Source of the DNA: an uncultured Flavobacteriaceae bacterium
Lineage (GTDB): Bacteria; Bacteroidota; Bacteroidia; Flavobacteriales; Weeksellaceae
Length of the DNA: 57,370 bases
Direction: 5' to 3'
Assembly: GCA_963521545.1 (NCBI GenBank)
Contig: CAUQVP010000001.1
Coordinates: 1-57,370 of the forward strand
Each line of letters begins with the position of its first letter. Position 1 is the first letter of the stretch. Position numbers and translations under genes: made by a program. Positions 8,788 through 19,674 of this stretch are shown here, piece after piece. Below the pieces are notes generated by a model. It searched no databases and had not been told where the DNA came from. It was given only the letters and a program-made list of their open reading frames with translations.

Positions 8788-11190
8788 TTATTTTTTTTCT
8801 AAAGCTAAATCTACTACTTCTTTCATCGTTTTCACATAATGGATTTTTAAATCCTTGAAATAATCTCCCTTGATGTCTTCCACATCTTTTCTGTTTTCCT
8901 CGCAGAGAATCACTTCTTTCACGCCTGAACGAACTGTTGCCAAGAGCTTTTCCTTAATTCCTCCCACAGGAAGCACTTTTCCTCTCAGTGTGATTTCGCC
9001 TGTCATCGCTAGATGAGGTTTTACTTTTCGGTTGGTGTAGCTGGATACCATAGAGGTAAGCATCGCGATTCCCGCAGAAGGGCCATCTTTCGGTGTAGCG
9101 CCTTCTGGGACATGGATATGGATATTTTTACTTTCCAAAATCTCCATGTCTATTCCCAGTTCTTTGTGCTTTGCTTTGATGTATTCCAAGGCCAAAGTAG
9201 CACTTTCTTTCATCACCGTTCCTAGATTTCCTGTCATGCTGAGAGTCCCTTTTCCATTGGATAAAATACTCTCAATGAACAAAATATCTCCTCCCACACT
9301 TGTCCAAGCTAGACCTGTCACCACGCCTGTTTCATTGGTGGTTTCAGAAACGGCTTTACTCATAGGAACGCCTAAAATTTCATCAATTTTTTTGATACTG
9401 ATTTTAGGGTCATATTCTTTATTCATCGTGATTTGTAGAGCTACCCAGCGGGCAATAGCCGCCAAGTTTTTCTCTAATCTTCTCACGCCGCTTTCCCTTG
9501 TGTGGGCTTCTATGATGTGTTTTAGTTCTTTTGAACCTAATTTTAATTCTTGTGCAGACAGCCCGTGTTCGTGGATTTGTTTTTTCAGCAGGTGTCTTTT
9601 AGCGATTTCTACTTTTTCCTCCAAAGTATATCCCGAAAGATTGATGATTTCCATTCGGTCAAGCAGTGCCCTTTGGATGGTAGAAAGGCTGTTCGCGGTG
9701 GCGATGAACATTACCTTTGATAAGTCATAGCCTATTTCTAAATAATTATCGTAAAAGCTGTTATTCTGTTCAGGGTCAAGGACTTCCAGTAGGGCAGAGG
9801 ATGGGTCTCCGTGAGTTCCCGTGCCGAGTTTGTCTATCTCATCCAAAACGATGACAGGATTAGAAGTTCCAGCCTTTTTGATGGATTGGAGAATACGCCC
9901 AGCCATGGCGCCAATGTAGGTTTTTCTGTGCCCTCGTATTTCGCTTTCATCGTGCAGACCGCCCAAAGAAAGGCGAATGTATTTTCTTCCCAAAGCATCT
10001 GCTACGGACTTTCCTAAGGAAGTTTTTCCCACACCAGGAGGCCCTACAAGGCAGAGAATAGGCGATTTCATATTGTTTTTAAGTTTCAGAACAGCCATGT
10101 GTTCCAGAACTCTTTTCTTGATGTCTTCCAGCCCAAAGTGGTCTCTGTTGAGAACAGCCTCTGCCTTTGGAAGGTCAAAAGTATCTTTGGTATAATTTTC
10201 CCAAGGCAGGTCTGTGAAGAAATCCAGATAATTTCTCTGAACATTGTAGTCAGGTGAGTTGGGATTGTGTCTTTGCAGACGGTTGATTTCCTTATTGAAA
10301 TGATTTTCTATTTCTTCACTCCATTTTATTTTTTTTGCTTTGGCTTTCAGTTCTTCTATATCGTTTTCTGTGCCTCCGCCCAGTTCTTCCTGAATGGTTT
10401 TAATCTGCTGATTTAGAAAATATTCCCTCTGATGTTTGTCTAATTCTTTGGTGGTTTTCTGATGGATTTTATTCCTTAATTCCAGTTTTTTGAAATCTTC
10501 CTGCAAGAGTTCATAGCATTTTCTTGCACGAATGGAAAGGCTTTTTTCTTCCAGTAGTTTTTGTTTATTTACTGTTGAGAAATTACCATTCACGCAGATG
10601 AAATTCAGCAAATCTTCTGCTCCATCTATGTTTTTAATAGCGAAATTAGCAGCATTAGGAATGTTCGGGTCTAGCTCTATTATCTTTATTGCTAAATCTT
10701 TGATATTGTCTATCAGGGCATAAAATTCCTCTTTGTTCTTCGGCGAAGAATCTCTCATTTTCTGTATTTCTGCTCTGAAAAACGGCTCTGTGGAAATGTA
10801 GTTTTTCACACGGAAACGGTGCACACCACGAGTGATGGCGGTAATATTTCCATTAGGAAGTTTGATGATTTTGATAATCCTTGAAATCGTCCCTATGGAG
10901 TTCAAGTCACCGATTTTTGGTGTTTCTACATCAGAGTTTTTCTGACAGATGACACCTATGTATTCCTTGTTATTATAGGCTTCTTCCAGCAGTTTTATAG
11001 ATTTTCCTCTTCCAGCAGTGATGGGAATCACCACATTAGGAAACATCACCATATTTTTCACAGGCAAAATAGGAAAAGACTCCTGCTCTTCGTTTGGCTG
11101 TTCGTTTTTATCGTGAATTTCTTCGGTTATAACACTGAAACCCTCATCCATAAGATTTTCAAAAGAAATATCTTCAAATTCTTCTATCAT
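8788..11190 (-). CDS. lon: ATP-dependent Lon protease
   Basis: Walker [10 protein letters not shown] and the catalytic-Ser region PKDGPSAG. The start is trimmed from the track (11292) to the ATG at 11188-11190 ([10 protein letters not shown]), because the 34-codon extension looks non-coding. Confidence 0.93.
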   Translation of the reverse strand: MIEEFEDISFENLMDEGFSVITEEIHDKNEQPNEEQESFPILPVKNMVMFPNVVIPITAGRGKSIKLLEEAYNNKEYIGVICQKNSDVETPKIGDLNSIGTISRIIKIIKLPNGNITAITRGVHRFRVKNYISTEPFFRAEIQKMRDSSPKNKEEFYALIDNIKDLAIKIIELDPNIPNAANFAIKNIDGAEDLLNFICVNGNFSTVNKQKLLEEKSLSIRARKCYELLQEDFKKLELRNKIHQKTTKELDKHQREYFLNQQIKTIQEELGGGTENDIEELKAKAKKIKWSEEIENHFNKEINRLQRHNPNSPDYNVQRNYLDFFTDLPWENYTKDTFDLPKAEAVLNRDHFGLEDIKKRVLEHMAVLKLKNNMKSPILCLVGPPGVGKTSLGKSVADALGRKYIRLSLGGLHDESEIRGHRKTYIGAMAGRILQSIKKAGTSNPVIVLDEIDKLGTGTHGDPSSALLEVLDPEQNNSFYDNYLEIGYDLSKVMFIATANSLSTIQRALLDRMEIINLSGYTLEEKVEIAKRHLLKKQIHEHGLSAQELKLGSKELKHIIEAHTRESGVRRLEKNLAAIARWVALQITMNKEYDPKISIKKIDEILGVPMSKAVSETTNETGVVTGLAWTSVGGDILFIESILSNGKGTLSMTGNLGTVMKESATLALEYIKAKHKELGIDMEILESKNIHIHVPEGATPKDGPSAGIAMLTSMVSSYTNRKVKPHLAMTGEITLRGKVLPVGGIKEKLLATVRSGVKEVILCEENRKDVEDIKGDYFKDLKIHYVKTMKEVVDLALEKK

Positions 11191-11369
11191 AATTTTATTA
11201 AAAACTAAAAAGATTAAATGACAAAATGTCACTTTGGTGTTTCTCGTTTTTTTATTAATGTAAATAATAAAACGGTCTCTCATATGGCACAATTCCTATG
11301 CCAAGAAAATTTTACGACAAAAATGCATAAATATCTTTAAATTCAAATAAAAATTCCGAAATTTGTAGC

Positions 11370-12284
11370 ATGGAGGTTGATAAAGTGCACATTCCCATAG
11401 TAGATATTCCACTGGAGGGAGGCGTGAAATTGTCCGTGAAACGCGAGGATTTGGTTCATCCACAGATTTCGGGTAATAAGTATTGGAAAATGTTTTATAA
11501 TGTAAAGACATACCTTGTCCGAGAGGTGAAAAATCCTTTGATAATCACTTTTGGGGGTGCATATTCTAATCATATCGCGGCGGCATCTGCTGTTGGAGAA
11601 AAATACAATATTAAAACTTTGGGCGTTATCCGTGGGGAGGAGTTGGAGAATAACTGGCAGGGAAATCTCACGCTGGAAGATGCACATAGGAGAGGAATGG
11701 ATTTTTTGTTCGTTACTAGAGAGGCGTACAGAGACAAGGAAAAAATTACAAGAGACTTGCAGGAAAAATTTCCAGAAGCCCTTATTGTCCCTGAAGGTGG
11801 GACTAATGAACTGGCAGTGGAAGGGGTGAAACATATGCTAGATGAGCGGACAAAAGAATTTGATTATATTTGCACCGCGGTTGGGACAGGAGGAACCATT
11901 TCGGGCTTGTCCAAATTTGCAGAAGAACATCAGAAAATATTGGGGTTCAAGGTGGTGGACGACCCTACTTTGGAGAAGAGAATCCAAGGGCTGAGTGGGA
12001 GGAAGAATTTTACTCTTTTTGATGCTCATGATGGGAGATATGGGAAAATTATAGATGAAAATATTCAGTTTATCAATGATTTTTATGAGCGGTATGATGT
12101 TCCTCTCGACCCTATATATACAGGGAAAATGATGAGAAATCTGATGAAACTGATACAGGAAGGATATTTCCTGCAGGGCAGCAGGATTTTAGCATTTCAT
12201 ACAGGAGGTTTGCAGGGGATTTTAGGGGCAAATGAATGGTTAAAAAAGACAAAAAAAGAACTAATCAAAATAAAATTTAACTAA
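11370..12284 (+). CDS. PLP-dependent 1-aminocyclopropane-1-carboxylate deaminase / D-cysteine desulfhydrase family protein
   Basis: 304 aa. SGNKYWK (PLP-lysine motif), GGAYSNHIAA and a HTGG C-terminal motif. Confidence 0.8.
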   Translation: MEVDKVHIPIVDIPLEGGVKLSVKREDLVHPQISGNKYWKMFYNVKTYLVREVKNPLIITFGGAYSNHIAAASAVGEKYNIKTLGVIRGEELENNWQGNLTLEDAHRRGMDFLFVTREAYRDKEKITRDLQEKFPEALIVPEGGTNELAVEGVKHMLDERTKEFDYICTAVGTGGTISGLSKFAEEHQKILGFKVVDDPTLEKRIQGLSGRKNFTLFDAHDGRYGKIIDENIQFINDFYERYDVPLDPIYTGKMMRNLMKLIQEGYFLQGSRILAFHTGGLQGILGANEWLKKTKKELIKIKFN

Positions 12285-12286
12285 AA

Positions 12287-13435
12287 ATGAAAAAATTATT
12301 GTGTTTATTATCAATGGCAGGATTGGGGCTGTTTTCTCACGCTCAGGATTGGAAAACAGATGACCAATATATCCAGAATTTTGCTAAATATGCAGTGGAA
12401 GAAATGGAGCTGTATAAAATTCCAGCAAGTATCAAACTCGCACAGGGGATTTTGGAGACAGGAGGAGGACAGAGCCGTTTGGCAAAAGAAGGGAAAAACC
12501 ACTTTGGGATAAAATGTAAGGAAAACTGGACGGGAAAAACAATGAAACACACAGATGATGCACCAAATGAGTGTTTCCGTGTGTATGATGACCCTAGAGA
12601 ATCTTACAGAGACCATTCTTTGTTTTTGACAACGAGAAAGTATTATGTAGGACTTTTTAAATTGGATATCAAAGATTATAAAGGCTGGGCATATGGACTT
12701 AAAAAGGCTGGATATGCTACCAATCCTAGATATGCACAGATTCTGATAAGCAGAATAGAAAAATACAGACTGCATGAATTTGATAATATAAAATCACATG
12801 AAGTTTCTGCAAAACTAAAAGAATTGTATCCAGAGTATAAATCTGAAAACCAAGAAATTAGAAATCAAGAGTCAGTTAAGGAAAAATCCACAAAAGAGGA
12901 AGTGAGAACTGAGCCTGTACTTCGCGAAGAAAAAGTAAAAGAACCAGTAGTTCAAAAGCCAGAAACAAAACAGGAAACAGAAGCATCTAAACCAGAAATA
13001 GAATCTGGTAAAAAAAAAGAACCAGAGCTACACAAATACGAAGAAGGAAGGCTCACAGAAGAAGCCGTTTTGCATAGCCTAAATGAGAGGAATCATCCTA
13101 ATTCAAATTTGAAATATGTGGTTTTGGGAGGAGATATCTCTCTTTCTGCTTTGGCGAAAAAATATAATCTCAGAGTGAGCGACCTGAAAGATTATAATGA
13201 TTTAAAAACATCTGATTTGAAAAAAAATCAGATTGTTTTTTTAGAGCCTAAAAAATCTTACGGAAGCCAAGAAACACATACCGTGAGTAAAGGCGAAAAA
13301 ATGTATGATATTTCCCAGAAATATGGGATAAAACTAAAGTATTTGTATCTAAAAAATAGAATGGAGGAGGGACAAGAACCAAAAGAAGGACAGGTGCTTT
13401 ACCTTCAAAATAAAAAGCCAAGAAGGGAGAGATAA
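12287..13435 (+). CDS. secreted glucosaminidase-domain peptidoglycan hydrolase with two LysM repeats
   Basis: Signal peptide, a glucosaminidase core (ASIKLAQGILETGGGQSRLAKEGKNHFGIKC), a K/E-rich linker and two LysM-like repeats at the C-terminus. Confidence 0.85.
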   Translation: MKKLLCLLSMAGLGLFSHAQDWKTDDQYIQNFAKYAVEEMELYKIPASIKLAQGILETGGGQSRLAKEGKNHFGIKCKENWTGKTMKHTDDAPNECFRVYDDPRESYRDHSLFLTTRKYYVGLFKLDIKDYKGWAYGLKKAGYATNPRYAQILISRIEKYRLHEFDNIKSHEVSAKLKELYPEYKSENQEIRNQESVKEKSTKEEVRTEPVLREEKVKEPVVQKPETKQETEASKPEIESGKKKEPELHKYEEGRLTEEAVLHSLNERNHPNSNLKYVVLGGDISLSALAKKYNLRVSDLKDYNDLKTSDLKKNQIVFLEPKKSYGSQETHTVSKGEKMYDISQKYGIKLKYLYLKNRMEEGQEPKEGQVLYLQNKKPRRER

Positions 13436-13453
13436 TGTTCTCCCTCTTTTTTT
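13424..13453. terminator. short hairpin terminator between convergent genes
   Basis: 7-bp stem agggaga / tctccct followed by cttttttt. It overlaps the 13435 stop. Confidence 0.4.
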
Positions 13454-14090
13454 ATGGAATGTTCAGATATTTGTGCGTTTGTACGGAAGCTATCCATTTA
13501 GGATTTTGTAGAATGTAATCTGTGATTTTTGGATAGTTTTGCTCCCTTTTGCTCCATTCAGACTGCAGGTATAGTTTGCATTTTTCTGATACTTTGGCAG
13601 CTTGTTCTTCAGCGAATTTGAAATCGTGATTGTTGAAAATAACCACTTTCAACTCATCAGCCATTTGATAAATTTCTTCTTTTGGAAGTTTTACTTTTTT
13701 GGGCGAAAGAGTAATCCAGTCGATATGTCCTCTCAGATTGTGCGAGCCTGAGGTTTCCACATGAATAGTACAGCCTAATTCTTTTAGTTTTTTTGTTAAA
13801 ATATTCAAATCCCACATCAGAGGCTCGCCGCCTGTGATGATTATAGTTTTGCAGTGTTTTGCTGCTATGGCAGCGATTTCTTCTGCGTCCATCAACGGAT
13901 GAAGTGTAGCGTCCCAGCTTTCTTTGACATCACACCAGTGGCATCCTACATCACAGCCGCCTAAACGGATGAAATAAGCCGCCCTGCCAGAGTGGGCGCC
14001 TTCTCCTTGAATAGTATAAAAATGCTCCATAACAGGGAGCATTTTACCTTGATTTAATAATATTTTTTGTTCACTACTAAAATCTGACAT
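13452..14090 (-). CDS. queE: 7-carboxy-7-deazaguanine synthase (radical SAM)
   Basis: 212 aa. CDVGCHWC is a Cx3Cx2C radical-SAM cluster motif in a QueE-like context (TIQGEG, GGEPL). Confidence 0.88.
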   Translation of the reverse strand: MSDFSSEQKILLNQGKMLPVMEHFYTIQGEGAHSGRAAYFIRLGGCDVGCHWCDVKESWDATLHPLMDAEEIAAIAAKHCKTIIITGGEPLMWDLNILTKKLKELGCTIHVETSGSHNLRGHIDWITLSPKKVKLPKEEIYQMADELKVVIFNNHDFKFAEEQAAKVSEKCKLYLQSEWSKREQNYPKITDYILQNPKWIASVQTHKYLNIP

Positions 14091-14100
14091 TTTTCACTCA

Positions 14101-14964
14101 TTATTTTTTATAAGCTAAAAGCGTATTTTTCATCAGCATGGCTCTGGTCATAGGGCCTACGCCACCAGGAACAGGCGTTATAAAACTTGCCTTCTTCTCG
14201 CATGCTTCAAAATCTACATCTCCTACTAAATGATAACCTCTCTCGCTATCATCATTCACTCTCGTAATTCCTACATCTATAACTACGGCACCTTCTTTTA
14301 TCATCTCTCCTTTTAGATAATTAGGAATACCTAATGCTACGATGACAATGTCTGCCTTTTGGGTATATTCTTCAATATTAGGCGTATGGCTGTGGATAAG
14401 CGTTACCGTGGCATCAGTTCCTTTGGCACTCATTAGAATACTCATAGGACGGCCAACGATTCTGCTTCGGCCGATAACCACACATTTTTTCCCTTTGGTA
14501 TCAATGTTATATCTCTCCAACAGCTGCATAATCCCAAATGGAGTAGCAGGCAGAAGAGAGTCCATCTCTAAAGCCATTTTCCCAAAGTTTTCTGGGTGGA
14601 AGCCATCCACATCCTTTTTAGGGTCAATAGCCATGATGATTTTTTCTTGGTCTATGCCTTTCGGAAGAGGAAGCTGCACGATGAATCCGTCTATTTCCTC
14701 GTTCTCGTTTAGTTTTTTTATTTCTTCTAAAAGTTCGTTTTCACAAATCGTGTCAGGGAATTTTAGCAGTGATGAGGTAAATCCCACTTCTTTACAATCC
14801 TTGACTTTGCTATTTACATAGGCTTTGCTGGCACCATTTTCTCCCACCAGTATAGCTGCTAGGTGAGGCGCTTTTTTGCCGCTCTGTACTATTTTCGTAA
14901 CTTCTTCTTTTATCTCTTGTTTTATTTTCTGAGAAACGCTCAGTCCATCTAAAATTTCAGCCAT
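14101..14964 (-). CDS. folD: bifunctional methylenetetrahydrofolate dehydrogenase / methenyl-THF cyclohydrolase
   Basis: 287 aa. YVNSKVK, VIGRSRIVGRPM and TPVPGGVGPMT motifs. Confidence 0.95.
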   Translation of the reverse strand: MAEILDGLSVSQKIKQEIKEEVTKIVQSGKKAPHLAAILVGENGASKAYVNSKVKDCKEVGFTSSLLKFPDTICENELLEEIKKLNENEEIDGFIVQLPLPKGIDQEKIIMAIDPKKDVDGFHPENFGKMALEMDSLLPATPFGIMQLLERYNIDTKGKKCVVIGRSRIVGRPMSILMSAKGTDATVTLIHSHTPNIEEYTQKADIVIVALGIPNYLKGEMIKEGAVVIDVGITRVNDDSERGYHLVGDVDFEACEKKASFITPVPGGVGPMTRAMLMKNTLLAYKK

Positions 14965-14979
14965 AATATTATTAGTTTT

Positions 14980-16440
14980 TTAAAGTTCTTTTCGTAGTCT
15001 TGCCACTGGAATGTTGAGCTGTTCTCTGTATTTAGCAATTGTTCTTCGGGCGATATTGTACCCTTTTTCTTTCAGTGCAGTAACCAGCGCATCATCCGTG
15101 AGAGGCTTCTTTTTGTTCTCCTTGTCGATGATTTCCTGCAGATGGTTTTTGATTTCTTTTGTGGAAACTTCTTCTCCTTCATCATTGGTCAAACTATCTG
15201 AGAAAAGATTTTTTAGATAAACTATTCCATGCGGTGTGTCAGCATATTTGCTCTTAACCACCCTAGAAATAGTAGAAATATCAAATCCTGTGATGTCAGA
15301 AATATCTTTCAGAATCATAGGTTTGATGTTTTTTTCGTCCCCTGTGATGAAATATTCTTTCTGCATCTTAGCGATGGCTGTAATGGTCTGTATCAAAGTG
15401 TTTTGTCTTTGATTAACAGCATCAATGTACCATTTCGCGGCATCTAATTTTTGTTTAATGAAAAGAGCCGCCTGCTTGTGTTCAGGAGAGCTTTTATCGT
15501 TAGAATATGTTTCTAAAATTTCTTTGTACTCATTGGAAACCCTCAATGTAGGAGCGTTTTTATTGTTAAGCATCGGGATTACCTCGTTGTCCTTTACCTG
15601 AATGATAAAATCAGGAATGATTTCTTGATTGATGGTAATGGTCTGTGTATCAAAGTTTCCGCCTACTTTTGGTGAAAGTTTTGCAATCTCTTCTAGGACA
15701 TCTTTCAGCTGTTCCTCATCGATATTATACCGCTGGATAATTTTAGAATAATGCTTGTTGCTCAGTGCATCGAATTGGTTTTTCAGTATGCTGGCAGCAA
15801 TGCCCACATTGGGATTGTCACTTACTTTTTTCTCTATTTGTAGAAGGAGACATTCTTGTAAGTTTCTCGCGCCCACGCCCGCAGGTTCTAATTTTTGGAT
15901 ATAGTTTTCTAAAATGTATTCTAGTTTAGGAATATCGGTATAAATCCCCTGTGAGAAAGCCAAATCATCCACGATGGATTTTAAATCTCTGCGGAGATAC
16001 CCATCATTGTCAAGGTTTCCTATAAGATATTCGGCTATTTTTAGCTCTTCATCAGAAATATTACTAAGTCTAATCTGCTCTAGAAGATACTCATAAATGG
16101 TCTGTCCCTCTGTCAATAAACTTTCGTTATCAAACTCCTCATCATCGGGAGAATAGTTGCTGGATGCTGTTTTGTAGCTGGGCTCATCATCATACAGATA
16201 CTCATCAACATTGAAATCCGTTTCTATGCTCTCCGTTCCCTCGCTTTCGTAGTCGTTTCCTAAATTGTCATAATCCTCCTCCTTATCATCCGTTACTTTT
16301 TCCAAAGCAGGATTTTCCTCTAATTCACGCTCCAGCTCCTCCTCAAATTCCAGCGTATGAAGCTGAATAAGCTTCATTAACTGAATCTGCTGTGGAGCGA
16401 GTTTTTGACCAAGTTTAAGTTGTAAATTTTGTTTGAGCAT
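14980..16440 (-). CDS. rpoN: RNA polymerase sigma-54 factor
   Basis: 486 aa. N-terminal LKLGQKLAPQQIQLMKL region I and the C-terminal RpoN box ARRTIAKYR. Confidence 0.95.
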   Translation of the reverse strand: MLKQNLQLKLGQKLAPQQIQLMKLIQLHTLEFEEELERELEENPALEKVTDDKEEDYDNLGNDYESEGTESIETDFNVDEYLYDDEPSYKTASSNYSPDDEEFDNESLLTEGQTIYEYLLEQIRLSNISDEELKIAEYLIGNLDNDGYLRRDLKSIVDDLAFSQGIYTDIPKLEYILENYIQKLEPAGVGARNLQECLLLQIEKKVSDNPNVGIAASILKNQFDALSNKHYSKIIQRYNIDEEQLKDVLEEIAKLSPKVGGNFDTQTITINQEIIPDFIIQVKDNEVIPMLNNKNAPTLRVSNEYKEILETYSNDKSSPEHKQAALFIKQKLDAAKWYIDAVNQRQNTLIQTITAIAKMQKEYFITGDEKNIKPMILKDISDITGFDISTISRVVKSKYADTPHGIVYLKNLFSDSLTNDEGEEVSTKEIKNHLQEIIDKENKKKPLTDDALVTALKEKGYNIARRTIAKYREQLNIPVARLRKEL

Positions 16441-16468
16441 ATCAGTTTTAGATTATTGGTTTTAGAAG

Positions 16469-16948
16469 CTACCCGTTGATTCCTCCCATTTCTATCTGGT
16501 TGTTTTCATCTATTTCTATATTGGCTAAATGGTCAAAGAAATAATTTGGCTCTGCATCTAAATCAAAATTACAGCTAATCTCTTCACTATCAATATAAAA
16601 ATTAAGAGAACGAACGCCGATAGCCTCTTTAAATTCCTTTTCAGAAATTGTTCTATCAAGGCTGAATTCATCAAAATATTGAGCAATTCCTTTTTTGGCT
16701 ATTTCCTCTGAAATCCAATCATTCAGCCCTTCAAAAATAGATTCTTCTTTAATAAAAGTATCTAAAATCAAATCCTTATGGCTTTCTATCCACTGGATTT
16801 TTTCCTCTATTTTCTGAAAATATTTTTTTTGTTCTTCTTTGGTTGCTTCTAGTTCTTCATCAAATTCAATATAAATTTCTGTATCAAATTTGTTCCAAAT
16901 TTTAGCAACAGCTTCAAATTCGGGATAATCTCTATAAGTTATTTTCAT
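16469..16948 (-). CDS. hypothetical acidic cytoplasmic protein
   Basis: 159 aa with no signal peptide, very D/E-rich. It starts 5 nt after the asnS stop. No recognisable domain. Confidence 0.5.
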   Translation of the reverse strand: MKITYRDYPEFEAVAKIWNKFDTEIYIEFDEELEATKEEQKKYFQKIEEKIQWIESHKDLILDTFIKEESIFEGLNDWISEEIAKKGIAQYFDEFSLDRTISEKEFKEAIGVRSLNFYIDSEEISCNFDLDAEPNYFFDHLANIEIDENNQIEMGGING

Positions 16949-16953
16949 AATTC

Positions 16954-18402
16954 TTAAAATTCTGCGTTTCTTGGTGTTCTTGGGAAAGGAATCACATCAC
17001 GGATGTTGGTCATTCCTGTTACGAATAATACCAATCTCTCTAGTCCAAGCCCGAAACCAGCGTGAGGCACAGAACCGAATTTTCTAGTATCCAGATACCA
17101 CCATAGTTCCTTTTCATCCACATTCATATCTTTCATTTTTTGGACAAGAACATCTAGTTTTTCTTCTCTCTGAGAACCACCGATGATTTCACCGATTCCA
17201 GGGAAAAGAACATCCATCGCCGCAACGGTCTTTTGGTCATCGTTCAGCTTCATATAAAACGCCTTGATGTCCTTTGGATAGTTGAATAAAACCACTGGGC
17301 TTTCAAAGTGTTTTTCCACCAAATAGCGTTCGTGCTCAGATTGTAGGTCTGCTCCCCAAGCCTCTATTGGGAATTGGAATTTACCTTTTTTATTCTCTTT
17401 AGAGTTAAGCAAAATCTCGATAGCTTCAGTGTAGCTCAGCCTTACGAAACGCTTTTTCACTACATTCTGAAGTTTTTCTATCAGTCCTTCTGCTGCTCTT
17501 TCTTTTTCAGGTTTTTGTTTTTGTTCCTCTGCAAATCTCTTGTCAAGAAGTTCTAAATCATCTTTGCAATTATCTAATACATAATTGATTACATATTTCA
17601 AGAAATCTTCAGCCAAGTCAATATTGTCTTCCAAATTGTTGAATGCCACTTCTGGCTCCACCATCCAGAACTCTGCTAGGTGTCTGGTTGTATTAGAGTT
17701 TTCTGCACGGAAAGTAGGCCCGAAGGTATAAACTCTCCCCAGTCCCATCACCGCGGTTTCCACATTTAGCTGTCCAGAAACCGTAAGGGAAGTTTTCTTA
17801 CCAAAGAAATCTTGGTCGTAGTCCACATTTCCATCTTCTGTTTTTGGAACATTATTCAGGTCAAAGTTTGTAACTTTGAACATTTCTCCTGCTCCCTCAG
17901 CATCAGCTCCTGTGATTAGAGGCGTGTGGATGTAGAAGAATTGGTTTTGGTTAAAGAACTGATGAATCGCAAAGCTCACGGCATGACGAATTCTAAACAC
18001 AGCTCCGAAAAGATTAGTTCTAAATCTCAAATGAGCCTGTTCTCTCAATAGTTCCAAAGAGTGTTTCTTAGGCTGAAGAACCGTTTTTTCTAGTTCATCA
18101 GTGAAATTATCTCCTAAAATTTCTATTTTCTTTGCTAAAACTTCTATGTTTTGTCCTGCTCCTTGGCTTTCTACGATTTCTCCTGTTACTTTCAGAGAGG
18201 ACGCTGTATGGATTTTTTTGATAATTTCTTCATCAAATTTTTCGAAATCCACTACAATCTGGATGTTATTTGCTGTAGAACCGTCGCTCAGTGCGATGAA
18301 TCTGTTAGAACGAAAAGCTCTGACCCAGCCTTGGATACAGATGTCGTGGTGAATATGTTTTGTGTAATTATCAAGAATTTCTTTAATCGTTAATCGTTTC
18401 AT
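16954..18402 (-). CDS. asnS: asparagine--tRNA ligase
   Basis: 482 aa class II aa[19 protein letters not shown] and GFGLGLERL motifs. Confidence 0.95.
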   Translation of the reverse strand: MKRLTIKEILDNYTKHIHHDICIQGWVRAFRSNRFIALSDGSTANNIQIVVDFEKFDEEIIKKIHTASSLKVTGEIVESQGAGQNIEVLAKKIEILGDNFTDELEKTVLQPKKHSLELLREQAHLRFRTNLFGAVFRIRHAVSFAIHQFFNQNQFFYIHTPLITGADAEGAGEMFKVTNFDLNNVPKTEDGNVDYDQDFFGKKTSLTVSGQLNVETAVMGLGRVYTFGPTFRAENSNTTRHLAEFWMVEPEVAFNNLEDNIDLAEDFLKYVINYVLDNCKDDLELLDKRFAEEQKQKPEKERAAEGLIEKLQNVVKKRFVRLSYTEAIEILLNSKENKKGKFQFPIEAWGADLQSEHERYLVEKHFESPVVLFNYPKDIKAFYMKLNDDQKTVAAMDVLFPGIGEIIGGSQREEKLDVLVQKMKDMNVDEKELWWYLDTRKFGSVPHAGFGLGLERLVLFVTGMTNIRDVIPFPRTPRNAEF

Positions 18403-18450
18403 AAGATGATATTATTAAAACAGCAAAGATAAAATAAAAAGATGGAAATA

Positions 18451-18485
18451 AAAAACCGCTGTAAATCTACAACGGTTTTTATTTT
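18451..18485 (-). terminator. rho-independent terminator downstream of the HU gene
   Basis: Stem aaaaaccgctgt / acaacggttttt with flanking A and T runs. Confidence 0.55.
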
Positions 18486-18498
18486 AATTGAAAATCAA

Positions 18499-18789
18499 TT
18501 ATTTTTTCTTAGCACCTGCTACTGCGTCAGCTAGCTCAGCACCTGGCTTGAATTTAGCAACTTTTTTAGCAGCGATTTTGATTGGTTGCTTAGTAGCTGG
18601 GTTGATACCAGTTCTTGCCGCTCTTTCTGTTACAGAAAAAGTTCCAAATCCTACTAATGCTACTTTACCATCTTTCTTTTTAAGTGTGTTAGTAACATTT
18701 TCAATGAAAGATTCTAATGCCTTCTTAGCAGCCACTTTTGTGATTTCTGCATCCTTTGCGATTGCGTCGATTAATTCAGACTTGTTCAT
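18499..18789 (-). CDS. hup: HU family DNA-binding protein
   Basis: 96 aa. [11 protein letters not shown]...GFGTFSV..RAAR.GINP.T is the canonical HU/IHF fold signature. Confidence 0.95.
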   Translation of the reverse strand: MNKSELIDAIAKDAEITKVAAKKALESFIENVTNTLKKKDGKVALVGFGTFSVTERAARTGINPATKQPIKIAAKKVAKFKPGAELADAVAGAKKK

Positions 18790-18819
18790 AATAATGTTAT
18801 TTTATAAATTTATGTTCAG

Positions 18820-18849
18820 CAAATATAAAATAAATAAAACAAAAACCAA
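18820..18849 (-). promoter_or_regulatory. candidate Bacteroidota promoter (-33 TTG, 19-nt spacer, -7 TAtaTTTG) for the HU gene
   Basis: On the minus strand, TTG (18847-18849) is followed by a 19-nt spacer and TATATTTG (18820-18827), about 30 nt upstream of the ATG at 18789. Confidence 0.4.
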
Positions 18850-18907
18850 ATTTTTTATAGCATAAAATTGCTGATTTTCGTGAATTTAAGATAAATTTAA
18901 TTGAAAT

Positions 18908-19590
18908 TTACTTTTTAGCTCCGAAAAATCCGTGATTTCCAAGAGGAATAATAGCTGCAACGATGAAAAGATGGTTGTTTGGACTTGCATGGTTTTTGTG
19001 AGACTGGTAGATGTAGAAGAACTGCGGGTTTAGCCAGTTGAAAAGTTTAATGTCAGCTCCTAAATACACTCTGTTTCTAGCAAAATCTCCTTTTTTAAGT
19101 CGATGAAAATTTCATCATGAGCAAAGAAATTGACAGGTTTATCAAAAATTTTCGCCCTGTGTACGATACCTAAACGCCCTCTATAAAAATCAAAGTCCTC
19201 TCCACCTACTATGAATCTATGCAAATAAGTGTTTCGGTTTTGTAAAATCCATTTGTTTTGTTTGTCCAAAGGGAGGGAGAAAGTCACCATTGCATTGATT
19301 TGGTGTTCTTTCACTTCCTTGCTGTGCGCCTGAGGAGATTTTAGAAATACATAAAGAGGCATGAAGGAAATGTATTTGTTGATTTTGATATTAGGCATCA
19401 CCATGGCTATCTGTGTATGCTCTGGTGATGTGCTCACCCCGCCATATACCGTGATGCTGTGTTCTTTTGGGATGTTTATAGAAATTCCTGTTGTCAAGAA
19501 AGATTTTCTGGTGTCAGCATCTTGGGCTTTCATAGTATTGATGCCGAAAAATGCTCCATATAATGCTGAAAGTAAAATTAACTTTTTCAT
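18908..19590 (-). pseudogene. outer-membrane-type protein (DUF2490-like by recollection) interrupted by a frameshift in a 6-nt homopolymer
   Basis: The track ORF 19060-19590 ends ...FIDLKKEILLETECI*. One extra base in the T6 run at 19091-19096 (A6 on the coding strand) gives ...DLKKGDFARNRVYLGADIKLFNWLNPQFFYIYQSHKNHASPNNHLFIVAAIIPLGNHGFFGAKK*, ending at 18908. Confidence 0.6.
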
Positions 19591-19674
19591 TCGTGTAAAA
19601 TTTAGAAATTTAAGGCTGCAAAAATACTAATTAAATCTTAGGTTTGTTTGAAAAGAAATCAATAATTTTGCAGC

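Noticed and set aside
9013-10723. Several plus-strand ORFs (e.g. 9146-9730, 194 aa) within the lon gene
   Set aside because: They are antisense to lon. Their Ser/Phe/Leu-rich composition is typical of reverse-frame artefacts.
11191-11292. 5' extensions of track ORFs: lon to 11292, msrA from 37079, MlaD to 56292, DUF4292-like to 31335, 4265 and 4998 starts, gene B to 42297
   Set aside because: The extensions overlap upstream genes or encode non-homologous leader sequence. Internal ATGs give the canonical N-termini (signal peptides or family N-terminal motifs).
11296-12775. Minus-strand ORFs 11343-11834, 12311-12775 and others, and plus-strand 11551-11829
   Set aside because: They overlap the ACC-deaminase-family and glucosaminidase genes in other frames or strands. 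The sense genes carry clear motifs.
18488-18865. 125-aa plus-strand ORF
   Set aside because: It is antisense to the HU gene, whose identity is unambiguous.
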